DNA from: Candidatus Latescibacterota bacterium
GTDB lineage: Bacteria; Latescibacterota; UBA2968; GCA-2709665
Assembly: GCA_965116875.1 (NCBI GenBank)
Contig: OZ220733.1
Coordinates: forward strand, 800,001 to 864,000
Direction of reading: 5' to 3'
Length of the DNA: 64,000 bases
Under the pieces are notes generated by a model that searched no databases, had not been told where the DNA came from, and saw only the letters and a list, made by a program, of their open reading frames with translations. The position numbers were made by a program, and so were the translations under genes. Each line of letters starts with the position of its first letter. The stretch's first letter is position 1. Shown in pieces: positions 48,989 through 58,438 of this stretch.

Positions 48989-49999
48989 ATGTTCAGACTC
49001 GTACAGCTGATCCATCCCGAAGAAGGGCGGCGCATTGCCGCCGTCGACGGCGACCGATGCCGGATGATTGACGGCCACACGTCGATTCACGGTATGGCGA
49101 GCCTGGTTCTGCGATCGGACGCCGCACTGTCCACGGAAATCGAATCGAAGCTCGGAAGAAACTGCCAGGACTACAACGCCATCTACCACGGCCGGTCGGA
49201 ATGGAAGCTTCTTCCCGCGTACGATCATCCCGGCGAACCGTCCCGCTGTCTGGTGGCCGGCACCGGGTTGACCCACAGGGCCAGCGTTGACAACCGGCAG
49301 GCCATGCATGAAGTTGACGGGGGCGGCGAAACGCAGATCACCGACAGCATGCGAATGTACCGGTGGGGCCTTCAGGGAGGCAGACCGGAATCCGGAAACG
49401 TCGGCGTTCCACCTGAATGGTTCTACAAGGGAACCGGGTCCATCCTGCGCGCGCACGGCGAACCGCTGGTCGTGCCGTCCTTCGCGGGCGACGGCGGCGA
49501 AGAACCCGAAGTCGCCGGGGCGTACATCATCGATGCGGAAGGCAATCCCAGGCGCATCGGCCTGGCCATCGGCAACGAATTTTCAGACCACGTCACCGAA
49601 AAGAAAAACTACCTGTATCTGGCGCCGTCCAAGCTCCGCACCTGCTCCTTCGGCCCTGAACTCCTCCTCGACCCGGATTTTGAGAACGTCGACGGGGAAG
49701 TTTCCATTGAACGCAACGGAAGCATCGTCTGGTCCAGAAACATCGCGACGGGTGAGGCCAACATGTCTCACAGTCTGACGAACCTGGAACATCACCACTT
49801 CAAGTACCCCCAGCACCGGCGGCCGGACGATGCGCACGTCTTCTTCTTCGGAGCCGACGCCTTCAGTTTCGGGGCCGGTGTCGAACTGGAGGACGGAGAC
49901 GTCATGGCCGTCTCATGGAACGGCTTCGGACGACCGTTGAAGAATCCCCTCCGGATCGAACCGGACGAAGATACCCTGGTTCGCGTCGAACCGCTTTGA
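48989..49999 (+). CDS. AraD1/GguC-like fumarylacetoacetate-hydrolase-fold sugar-acid dehydratase
   Basis: GTGLTH..S, PEWFYKG.G, DGGEEPE, GNEFSDH, NYLYLAPSKLR, GEANMSHSL.NLEHHHFKY. Confidence 0.9.
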   Translation: MFRLVQLIHPEEGRRIAAVDGDRCRMIDGHTSIHGMASLVLRSDAALSTEIESKLGRNCQDYNAIYHGRSEWKLLPAYDHPGEPSRCLVAGTGLTHRASVDNRQAMHEVDGGGETQITDSMRMYRWGLQGGRPESGNVGVPPEWFYKGTGSILRAHGEPLVVPSFAGDGGEEPEVAGAYIIDAEGNPRRIGLAIGNEFSDHVTEKKNYLYLAPSKLRTCSFGPELLLDPDFENVDGEVSIERNGSIVWSRNIATGEANMSHSLTNLEHHHFKYPQHRRPDDAHVFFFGADAFSFGAGVELEDGDVMAVSWNGFGRPLKNPLRIEPDEDTLVRVEPL

Positions 50000-50009
50000 A
50001 AGTCCCAGA

Positions 50010-50855
50010 ATGATTATCGACGTACACGCCCACGTCTTCCGGTATCCCCAGCACTTTACCGAACAGTTCCGGCGCCAGGCCATGCGCGCCAGGGGCGACG
50101 TGGAGGTTGACCTCACCACCAGCTTTCAAGACTATCGGGAGCATGCGGGGGTGCCGGTACGCACAATCGCGTTCGGCGGAAAGGCCAGACTGAGCGGTAT
50201 CTGGGTGGACGATCATTACGTGGCCGAAACGGTAGCCGGGAACCCGGATGCGCTCATCGGCTTCCTGTCGGTCGATCCCACCCAGGAAGGCTGGCAGGAC
50301 GAATTGAGAGAGGGCCATCAGGATCTCGGCCTGAAGGGAATCAAACTACTCTCCATGTACGCCGGCTTCAGGCCCGACGACCCTTCCCTGGAGCCACTCT
50401 GGCGTTACGCCCGGGATCACGGCCTGCCCGTACTCCTGCATACCGGAACCACCTTCGTGGCCCAGGCGCCGCTGGAATGTACGCTTCCGCGCCATCTGGA
50501 TCCGGTCGCCATTCGTTTTCCGGACGTAAAGATCATCCTCGCGCATCTGGGGCATCCGTATGAAGGCGAATGCGTCGCGGTGATCCGAAAACACCCCAAT
50601 GTCTACGCCGACGTCAGCGCCCTGCACTACCGCCCGTTCCAACTCTACCACAGCCTGATGCTCGTCCAGGAATACGGCGTCTGGGACAAACTGCTCTTCG
50701 GTACGGACTACCCCTTTACCACCGTCGACGCATCGCTGTCCGGCCTTCGCGGCCTGAACCGAATGCTCGAAGGCACCGCCCTGCCCCGCCTCGACCCCGA
50801 CGAAATCGAATCGGTAATCTGTCGGGACAGCCTCTCCATCCTGGACCTTTCCTAG
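50010..50855 (+). CDS. Amidohydrolase family 2 protein
   Basis: IIDVHAH, GLKGIKL, LHTG, LAHLG, LLFGTDYP. Confidence 0.92.
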   Translation: MIIDVHAHVFRYPQHFTEQFRRQAMRARGDVEVDLTTSFQDYREHAGVPVRTIAFGGKARLSGIWVDDHYVAETVAGNPDALIGFLSVDPTQEGWQDELREGHQDLGLKGIKLLSMYAGFRPDDPSLEPLWRYARDHGLPVLLHTGTTFVAQAPLECTLPRHLDPVAIRFPDVKIILAHLGHPYEGECVAVIRKHPNVYADVSALHYRPFQLYHSLMLVQEYGVWDKLLFGTDYPFTTVDASLSGLRGLNRMLEGTALPRLDPDEIESVICRDSLSILDLS

Positions 50856-50864
50856 TGCCCCCGC

Positions 50865-51824
50865 TCACGTCCAGGCCGCTCGTCCCCGCGTGTCCAGGTC
50901 CAGCTGCAGGCCGCGTTCGGGCAGAGGAACCGCCGCACGATAGGATTCGGCGATTTCGGCTGCTGTCGCAGGGACCAGAGCGCAGCCCTGCTTTTCACAT
51001 ATTTCCCTCGCGGCCGCGACCACGCCCAGCATCGTCTCCCGCCGAAAGTCCCGCGCATCGCTGTAGTCGAAGATATTGTGCGTGAGCGCCTTCAGGTACT
51101 TCACCGGAATATCGCTTCCGTTGCCGATCTGTCGTCCCACGCTCTTGTGAATGGTATACCAGTGGTTCTTGGCGTCCACCAGTTCAATGCGCAGGTCCTG
51201 CGGGTGCGCCCCGCCCCACATCCGGGAGTCCGCGTCCACCGTTGGCGGAATATCCACGAAATCCACGTCTCCCGCAAGGGACCGGTTGTACCGGTGCGGA
51301 TAGTGGATATCCAGCGGCGAACCGCCCCATACACATGCGCATTGCGGGAGATTTCGCGTTGGCATCGACACCGTGCCGTGCGTGAACCCCAGCGCCTCCA
51401 GCGCGGGAAAGGTATGGTCGTTGGCTGAAAAATAGCCTGGGGTGAATACCACGGGCGGGTGTCCCATCGAATCGGCGAACCGATCCGCGGCCTCCTTCAG
51501 AATCGCCACCTGTTCATCGAACCCGTACACGCCCAGGAACTCTTCGTACCCCTGTTCCGCCGGATGTACGTGCAGGCCCACCTCGTGGCCTTCGGATTCG
51601 AGCTCGCGGTACACGCCCGAATGCGCCTTCATGTCCGAAGGGATTACCACGAACGTCCCCTTCGCGCCGGTCCGGGAAAAGATTTCGCCCAATCCCCGAA
51701 TCGACCGTTCGCCCAGCGCCGGGTCGTTGATGCTGCGCTGCGTGGATTCGCAATCGATCTGAATGTTGAAGAATAGCTCCGTCACGTCTTCCAACCCCAC
51801 GTTCCGGGAATGGCACGCGATCAC
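50865..51824 (-). CDS. Polysaccharide-deacetylase-like (NodB barrel) protein
   Basis: IDCE, GTFVV, GHEVGLHVHP, FTPGYFS, LTHN. Confidence 0.75.
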   Translation of the reverse strand: MIACHSRNVGLEDVTELFFNIQIDCESTQRSINDPALGERSIRGLGEIFSRTGAKGTFVVIPSDMKAHSGVYRELESEGHEVGLHVHPAEQGYEEFLGVYGFDEQVAILKEAADRFADSMGHPPVVFTPGYFSANDHTFPALEALGFTHGTVSMPTRNLPQCACVWGGSPLDIHYPHRYNRSLAGDVDFVDIPPTVDADSRMWGGAHPQDLRIELVDAKNHWYTIHKSVGRQIGNGSDIPVKYLKALTHNIFDYSDARDFRRETMLGVVAAAREICEKQGCALVPATAAEIAESYRAAVPLPERGLQLDLDTRGRAAWT

Positions 51825-53561
51825 TTACCCCAGCGCCGCCTGCCCCTCAAATGCATCGACGTTCCGGTATTCGCGCACAATGGCGTCGCCCTCGTTTCGG
51901 AACTCCGAAAACCGCAACGGAACCGGCGTCCCGCCAGCCAACGTACACCGCACCGCCGATCCGTCCGTTGAAACCTCCTCGATCCGGACCCCGTCTCTTC
52001 CCCGCAGATAGCGACCGATTTCGTCGTGGCTGGCGTAGATCTTCTCGTAGGCGTGTGTCATCGTACGCGTACGGTCCAGAATGCGGTCCCATTCATCCAT
52101 GGAAACGGCGTCGAATTTCTGTTCATGCGTAACGATCTCCGCGTAGAATCCGGCGCGGAGACCGTGGCGGATCTGCAGGGCCGCGTTGCCGGCGGCCTTT
52201 TCGACGTCCGTTCTCTCGCTTTCGCGCAGATAGGGGGTGCATCCCGTCAGGAAATCCTCCTGGTGACGGGCGAGCATGGCCGCAAAGGCGAAGAAGTCGT
52301 GGTCGTCGGGAAGAAAATCGTAGTAACACGTCTGCAATCCGTACGGCCAGAACCCGTCCTGCATGCACATATCGGCCTTGTGCAGCCCCGTCTGCAGGGC
52401 CGGGCAGAAAAACCGGTGGCCGCGCTCCTTGAGAAAGGGAAGCGCCCTGACTCCGTATTCCCCCCAGTGGAACCGCAACGTCTCGCCCGGATACGCCCCA
52501 ACCCGCTTCCAGAACGCGTCCGCAAAAGCAAAGTTGGATTCAAGTTCCTCCCGCGAACACTCGCCCTTTCCGAAATTGTAGATCAGCAGCCGATAATAGT
52601 CCAGCGCGTGGCTGTTGTAGTGGATTTCCCCACTCTGCATTCCCGCACGGATTTTGGGAATCAGGCGTTCCGGTACGTTCGCGATGAACAGGGACGGCAT
52701 CGGTTTGAACCCGTACCGGTTCGCGACGTCGACGAAAGCGAAATCGTGCCGCCCTTCGCAATCGTCCCAGGACATGGTCACGAACGGGGGAATCATGTTG
52801 ACGGCGAACGGCTTGCGCGCCGTCCACACGATCGAACGCCAGAACAGATCGTCCATTCCACGGGCATGGCCGTAGAAGGCGTTTCGCCACACACGTGAAT
52901 TCAACGTGAACTGCACGGCCCTTCCGGCGCCGCAGTCCGTTGCGAACGCCAGGGGATAGTTGCGCGGTTCAAACGCGCTCCAGGGCGCCAGGTGGCGTAT
53001 GTAGATCAGCTGCTCCTTACCCAGAATCCCGTCCGCAAGCGGAACCACGGAATCGCCCCATTTTTCGGCGGCAATCGCCGTCACCATCCGGTCGAACGTG
53101 TGGAATTCCCCGGTTGACTGCAATTCCGTGATATAGTGATCCCGTTCCTGCATCCTCACGGTGTCGGTGGCGTACGGATGCGGGTTGATCCGGTCGAACC
53201 CGAATATCTCCAGGAGGGGTCCCCTGGATGCCCTCAGGTCGTAGTCGAAATTGACGAGACCGGCGCCGTTCCGGACCGCCTCCGCGATCAGACCCGTCTC
53301 GGCAGCGGACAACGACGCGCCCAACCCGTTCTGCGCCAGCAGGATACCGGCACACTGGTCCAGTGACTCCGGCGTGGGTCGTTCCCCGGCCAGGTCCAGC
53401 AACCGATAGGGCATACCGAAATGCGCCAGCGCAGACAGGACCGTCTCATCCACAATCATGCGCTCCCAGTACGGTCCGCCGCTGTCGATGACGACCAGCA
53501 ATGCGCCGTTCCCTGTACTGGTACGCCGTTCCCGCTGCACTCGTCCCCTGCACGAATCCAT
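51825..53561 (-). CDS. Hypothetical carbohydrate-active protein (GATase-like N-domain plus deacetylase-like barrel)
   Basis: Long ORF abutting the downstream gene; CGAGRAVQF, FWRSIVW, MSWDD, SHA, VTHE motifs. Confidence 0.65.
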   Translation of the reverse strand: MDSCRGRVQRERRTSTGNGALLVVIDSGGPYWERMIVDETVLSALAHFGMPYRLLDLAGERPTPESLDQCAGILLAQNGLGASLSAAETGLIAEAVRNGAGLVNFDYDLRASRGPLLEIFGFDRINPHPYATDTVRMQERDHYITELQSTGEFHTFDRMVTAIAAEKWGDSVVPLADGILGKEQLIYIRHLAPWSAFEPRNYPLAFATDCGAGRAVQFTLNSRVWRNAFYGHARGMDDLFWRSIVWTARKPFAVNMIPPFVTMSWDDCEGRHDFAFVDVANRYGFKPMPSLFIANVPERLIPKIRAGMQSGEIHYNSHALDYYRLLIYNFGKGECSREELESNFAFADAFWKRVGAYPGETLRFHWGEYGVRALPFLKERGHRFFCPALQTGLHKADMCMQDGFWPYGLQTCYYDFLPDDHDFFAFAAMLARHQEDFLTGCTPYLRESERTDVEKAAGNAALQIRHGLRAGFYAEIVTHEQKFDAVSMDEWDRILDRTRTMTHAYEKIYASHDEIGRYLRGRDGVRIEEVSTDGSAVRCTLAGGTPVPLRFSEFRNEGDAIVREYRNVDAFEGQAALG

Positions 53562-53640
53562 GTCACGCTCCAGTTCTCAACGCCGAATCCTCGGACTGAA
53601 ATCCGTTCATTGCTCTTTCGATTACTGACGCGACAGACCG

Positions 53641-53870
53641 TCAATTGGACGGTTCCTCTTTGTGGATCGCGTTGGCGTTCGCATCAAAGGCCCCAATCAC
53701 GTCCGACAGGCAGGCGCGCGTCACGCGGCATGTAACAGCTCCTTCGTACGCGCAATCTCGCGTGCGGTATAAGGATTCTTCACGGCGCCCGAAATGACCA
53801 GATCGACCTGTTCACCCAATATGGCTCGCAGGTCTTCCAGCAAACCAAAGTAGGCATCGACTCGAGCGTA
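53641..53870 (-). pseudogene. Remnant of an MNT-HEPN (MntA/HepT-type) toxin-antitoxin pair
   Basis: 53870-53721 reads YARVDAYFGLLEDLRAILGEQVDLVISGAVKNPYTAREIARTKELLHAA*; overlapping ATG 53731 gives MPRDAR, a frameshift, then CLSDVIGAFDA. Confidence 0.75.
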
Positions 53871-53871
53871 A

Positions 53872-53903
53872 CCGCCCGTTGAAAAAGTCCATCCGGGCTA
53901 CGG
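53872..53903 (+). mobile_element. Isolated left end of a family B MITE
   Basis: ccgcccgttgaaaaagtccatccgggctacgg. Confidence 0.8.
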
Positions 53904-53925
53904 TCTGCTGTTCTCGATCCTCTCT

Positions 53926-55521
53926 TCACATTCCCCACACGGTGACATTCGTATCCCCAATATCCTCCTCTCGGCGGAATAGCTTGTCGTCCCACGACTT
54001 GCCGGCCGTGCGGTCGAAGACGATGAGATGCCCTTCGGTCGCGTCGCAGCGATCCATATAGGCGCGGGTCTGTTCGAGGCCATCGCGCACGGTCCGTTCC
54101 AGGCTCTTGTGGAGCAACTTGCATTCGATGACCATTTTCTGTATCGCTTGACCGGACCGGGCGTCGCCGGGCGCCGGCCACAGGATCAGCAGATCGGTAC
54201 GCATCCGCCCCAGACCATACTCCCGCTCGATCCGCCCACCTGTATTGACGATACGCTGGAGAAACGCCTGCAACAGCAACTGTGGACCGGCTTCTTTGTA
54301 CTGGAACCGCTCGACCCAATGTTCCGAATGTTCGCGGAAAAATCCCTGAAACGCGCCCAGCAAATCGGCAAGCCGCAGCTTGCCCTCTGCATCTACGTAC
54401 CAGGCTGTGTCTTGAACGAGGTATTCCTGCGTGGTATAGGTCAGGTCGCGGGGGATCACCTCCTGATAGATCGGATTGGCGATGGCAATGGGACCTTGCC
54501 GACGCAAGAGGCCCAAATCGCGGACGTATTCCACGTCGTCCTGCGGAATCGCCTCGGTGGATTCGGCGCCGCTCAACAGGGGTTCGACCACGCGGCGCAC
54601 GCGCTCCTCCTGTAATTTGTCGGTGAGTTGGTCGAGGTGCGTTTCTCTGCGCAGGATGAGTTGCTCCCTCGCGTCGCATATCGCGTTGGCAGTGATAGGC
54701 CGGATGCGATCCCGTCCGGCCTTGTTCTTAAAGCAGGTTTCGTAAGCCAGAGCGTTCACGAGCCACGGTTGACCCTGCGTCAGTTCCCAGATCGCGTTCT
54801 GAGCATCCTCTGCGAATGTCTGTCCGGTTGTCACGGTGTGTTGCGCCAGGAGCTTACGCACTTCGTCCAGTGTGAAATCGCCCAGCCTCAGGGACTCGGT
54901 GCGGATATTGAACGCGCTGCCGCCAGCAATGATGGCGTTCTCTGCGGTTGATTGGATGCGGTAATCACGCACGTCGCGCACGCCACACAGGATGACCGTC
55001 TGTGGAAATTGGCGTGGGCGGGCCGGATAGCCTGCGCGAAGTTGTCGCAACACCGACAGGAGGGTGTCGCCAATCAGCGCGTCAATTTCGTCGATCATAA
55101 GTACCAGTGGCTTCTCGTCAGCCGCGGCCCAGCGGCTCAGCACCTCCTGAAGCACGCCATTCGGGCCGGCTCTATCCAGGATTTCCTGCCATATCCCGGC
55201 CACGAAGCGGTCGCGCAAGACGATTTCGGCCTCGTAGGCTATGCTATTGAGTATCGGTCGCATCGCTGCTTCCACGTCTTCGCGCGCGGCTTGACCGATC
55301 TCGACGTTCACGTACACACAGCGATACCGCCCGCTGTGATTCAGTTCATCTCTCAGAGCGAGCAACGCGGTCGTCTTGCCCGTCTGCCGGGGAGCGTGCA
55401 TTACGAAGTACCGCTTTCGTTCGATCAGCAGCATAACCTCTTCGAAATCAAGCCGTTCCAACGGCGGGACGTGGTAGTGATCCTCCGGAATGATGGGACC
55501 GGCTGTATTGAAAAAACGCAT
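53926..55521 (-). CDS. AAA-family ATPase with C-terminal PD-(D/E)XK-like nuclease domain
   Basis: MRFFNTAGP, Walker A APRQTGKT, Walker B LMIDEID, TQGQPWLVN, C-terminal EREY...RTDL...IECK. Confidence 0.88.
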   Translation of the reverse strand: MRFFNTAGPIIPEDHYHVPPLERLDFEEVMLLIERKRYFVMHAPRQTGKTTALLALRDELNHSGRYRCVYVNVEIGQAAREDVEAAMRPILNSIAYEAEIVLRDRFVAGIWQEILDRAGPNGVLQEVLSRWAAADEKPLVLMIDEIDALIGDTLLSVLRQLRAGYPARPRQFPQTVILCGVRDVRDYRIQSTAENAIIAGGSAFNIRTESLRLGDFTLDEVRKLLAQHTVTTGQTFAEDAQNAIWELTQGQPWLVNALAYETCFKNKAGRDRIRPITANAICDAREQLILRRETHLDQLTDKLQEERVRRVVEPLLSGAESTEAIPQDDVEYVRDLGLLRRQGPIAIANPIYQEVIPRDLTYTTQEYLVQDTAWYVDAEGKLRLADLLGAFQGFFREHSEHWVERFQYKEAGPQLLLQAFLQRIVNTGGRIEREYGLGRMRTDLLILWPAPGDARSGQAIQKMVIECKLLHKSLERTVRDGLEQTRAYMDRCDATEGHLIVFDRTAGKSWDDKLFRREEDIGDTNVTVWGM

Positions 55522-55525
55522 GGGT

Positions 55526-55861
55526 TTACACCTCAGTATCCGGAGACAGGGTACCGTTCCCCCCTGTACATTTAAAAACTGCCTGGGACTTGACGTTAAT
55601 TTCGACCTGCATCCCCGCACGCGTCTGCATGTTAATCAGTTTATCCACGCTAAAGCGACCGATATCTCCCTTCATCAAGTTGCTGATTCGGGGTTGTGAC
55701 TCGCCGAAGAATTCAGCAGCCTGGCGTTGTGTCCATCCTTTGGCCTGGATGTACCTTCTGAGGTCGAGCATCAGATCAGCACGGACCTTCAGGCTCGCCG
55801 CTTCTGCCCGATCGAAACCGATATCTTCGAATACGTTATCGCGGCCTTGAATCACTTCCAT
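55526..55861 (-). CDS. XRE-family HTH protein (HigA-like antitoxin)
   Basis: NVFEDIGF..AEA..L, WTQRQAAEFFGESQPRISNLMKG....FSVDKL. Confidence 0.88.
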   Translation of the reverse strand: MEVIQGRDNVFEDIGFDRAEAASLKVRADLMLDLRRYIQAKGWTQRQAAEFFGESQPRISNLMKGDIGRFSVDKLINMQTRAGMQVEINVKSQAVFKCTGGNGTLSPDTEV

Positions 55862-55963
55862 AGCAAAGTCCTTCGCTGAGACAACGGCTTTGCACAGCGC
55901 GATGCCGCGTACATCTCTCAAGGTTGTTCCCTTGTGCCTTTGTGTGAGAACGGGTTGTTCCAG

Positions 55964-57106
55964 TTAAACCTTGATCTCCCAGAGATATCCGCTGCGGTAG
56001 GGGCTGTCGTTTTCACCCGCGTAGATCGTCCCGTCCGGCGCAACGGCCACGTCGTGCACCTGCCAGCAGTGGGCGTCTCCGTCCGACACGGGTCCCAGCA
56101 GGTCCCACGATTCCGTATCGGCGTCGAACCGGATCACCTCGCACTTCCCGTCCCGCCCCGTTACGCCCCAGGCGGCCCCGTCCGGGCCGGGCTGCAGGGT
56201 TGTCAGCCGGCTGCGCCTGTCCGCAACGGGCGTGCCGAGGTACGTGCCCATCCCGGTTTCCGTATCGATCCGGTATATCGACCCGTTCGCGCCGCTGGCG
56301 AACATCCGGCCCTCACCCAGATTGAAAAGCCCCTCCACCCGCTCGTACCCGTAGCTGCCGTCCGGCTTGGGAAGGCCGGCGTCGAAATACGCGATCCTGT
56401 CCGTTTCCGGGTCGAACTTACACAGGCGGTTGCGGTCCACCCCCGCGAAATTCTGCCACGCCCGCGTCACACTCCAGCCGCACCAGACGCACCCGTCGTC
56501 GTCCAGCTCCACGTTCTCGCCCTGGGCCATCTCCATCCCGCTGCTGATCGGCCCCAGGTCGTCCGAGCGGCCGTTGGCGAGGTTGAACCGGAACATCCGC
56601 TCCGGCGTAAACGTCATTCCGTAGATCACGCCGCGATCCTGGTCCAGGCAGATCGACTGGATGTACATATGCGGCATGGGAACTCCCAGTTTTTGAATAT
56701 CGCCGGTCGCCGGGTCGTATTTGACGATTGCCCCGCCGGGCGCCTCCCAGTACCTGTCGATATCGTGCAGGAGCGCGATTGCCCCGTACAGGCATCCGTC
56801 CTTCTCCCATCTCACCAGCGACCGGTGAAACTTGGCGTCGAACGGATCGGCGACCTTGCCGTACCCCAGATCCTCGAATTCGCCGGTTGCGCGGTCGTAG
56901 GCGCGGAATATATCGGCGTTGAAGGATGTAATTCCAAGATAGACGCGATCGTCGTCGGCGTTGTGGAACACGCTGTCCATGCTGATCCAGCCTTCGCGCC
57001 ACGCCGAATCCGCCCTGAAATCGTCGTATTCCCAGCGGTCCTCGATCTCGTCGTCCCACTGGTTGCCGTAGTCCACGTCCTGCAATCTGAGCGCCCTGAC
57101 CTGCAT
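55964..57106 (-). CDS. Cytoplasmic beta-propeller protein
   Basis: Repeated YDPATG / FDPETD / GPDG..WG / APDGTIYAG blades; GAAAGGAG RBS. Confidence 0.8.
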   Translation of the reverse strand: MQVRALRLQDVDYGNQWDDEIEDRWEYDDFRADSAWREGWISMDSVFHNADDDRVYLGITSFNADIFRAYDRATGEFEDLGYGKVADPFDAKFHRSLVRWEKDGCLYGAIALLHDIDRYWEAPGGAIVKYDPATGDIQKLGVPMPHMYIQSICLDQDRGVIYGMTFTPERMFRFNLANGRSDDLGPISSGMEMAQGENVELDDDGCVWCGWSVTRAWQNFAGVDRNRLCKFDPETDRIAYFDAGLPKPDGSYGYERVEGLFNLGEGRMFASGANGSIYRIDTETGMGTYLGTPVADRRSRLTTLQPGPDGAAWGVTGRDGKCEVIRFDADTESWDLLGPVSDGDAHCWQVHDVAVAPDGTIYAGENDSPYRSGYLWEIKV

Positions 57107-57168
57107 CCGACTCTCCTTTCATGTTCACGGCGACGGTCCTACAGAAATCCGCCTCAGGTTGCCAACGC

Positions 57169-58413
57169 CTATACCGCCTCGCTGATCTTGTTCAATGCCC
57201 GGAAAAATTCGTCGAATACCTCCACGATATCCCCCGCGATCTCGTGCTCCCTGCCCACTTCCCACTCCTCGGGCGTCAACCGGGCGAATGCCTTTGTTCC
57301 CTCCACCTCCGACGGAGACAGAAGATCGCCCTTCAGCTCATCCAGAATCGTTACGGGATCGTCCACCGTCTCGCCCGTCCTGATCTTCCAGAACGTACGG
57401 AACGGGGTCCGGAAGAAACTGTTGCCGATTCTTCCCAATTCGTTCTGAATCAGCCAGGTGGTATCGAAGTGAGCCGGCGCGTGCCCGTAAAAATGGAGGC
57501 GGCCCTTCATCAGGCGCGAGAACTTGGCGTTGTCGAAAATGACCAGCGCGGGATCCACGGGTACGTCCTGCAGCGCCGCTCTCCACGCGCCGATATCCGC
57601 ACCCGCCTCCCCGGGAATCAGCGTCACGGCGTCCCTCAACCGCAACAGTATCTCCCCCAGCGCATCTTCCAGCGTATCCTCCAGCCGCGTAACGTGCGGC
57701 TCCTCGTACCATCGGGGTATCTCGTAGTGGGCGTGCAGAATCTCCCTGATCAGGCCCCAGCAACGCAGCCCCGGGAAGTGCCGTTCCGCGATCTCGAACG
57801 CATCCAGCTTTCCGCAGATATTCTGATTCTCGAGTACACAGACGGCCGAGTGGACCGGCGGATTGAAATAGTGCATGATCCTGCTGTGCAGGGGATACTT
57901 GTTCTCGTGGACGCCCAGGTTGATCGCGGGATCGATCGTGCGGTTGTAGCGCCCGTAATACAGGCAGAACTTCTTCAGATGAAAATACTCGTCCTTTTCG
58001 TCCCAGGGCCGCCGGGCGAGGGTGTCCAGGGCCGCGCCGAGTCTTTTCTGATCTTCCGTGAGATAGTACGTCCACTGATGGTATTCCGGATAGTAGTTCC
58101 GCTCCGACGTCAATTCGGACCACGTCAGATTCACCCCGGGTAGGTGCTCGAAATTCCGCGCCCAGCATGGGTATTTCTCGCACAGCTTCAGGTGCGTCTC
58201 TCCCATCACCGTGGACAACTCGCACCAGTCGTTCACCGTCATGCCGTCATTCACGATAAAGCGGGTGTCGAAATCGCTCATGCCCGGCAGCAGGTCCCGG
58301 AACATCCACTTGCCAGCGATCGCCTCGATCTTGTCGGAGTGGTACCGGCACGCTTCGTAGTACGTCCGGATATAATCCGCAAAGTCGTTCTCCGGCCTGG
58401 GTGCGAATTCCAT
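57169..58413 (-). CDS. Hypothetical protein with a nucleotidyltransferase-like N-terminal motif
   Basis: AIAGKW..RDLLPGMSDFDTRFIV resembles the Pol-beta-type G..SDxD motif; AAGGAG RBS. Confidence 0.65.
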   Translation of the reverse strand: MEFAPRPENDFADYIRTYYEACRYHSDKIEAIAGKWMFRDLLPGMSDFDTRFIVNDGMTVNDWCELSTVMGETHLKLCEKYPCWARNFEHLPGVNLTWSELTSERNYYPEYHQWTYYLTEDQKRLGAALDTLARRPWDEKDEYFHLKKFCLYYGRYNRTIDPAINLGVHENKYPLHSRIMHYFNPPVHSAVCVLENQNICGKLDAFEIAERHFPGLRCWGLIREILHAHYEIPRWYEEPHVTRLEDTLEDALGEILLRLRDAVTLIPGEAGADIGAWRAALQDVPVDPALVIFDNAKFSRLMKGRLHFYGHAPAHFDTTWLIQNELGRIGNSFFRTPFRTFWKIRTGETVDDPVTILDELKGDLLSPSEVEGTKAFARLTPEEWEVGREHEIAGDIVEVFDEFFRALNKISEAV

Positions 58414-58438
58414 CGATTCTCCTTCTCGGCGTTAGACT

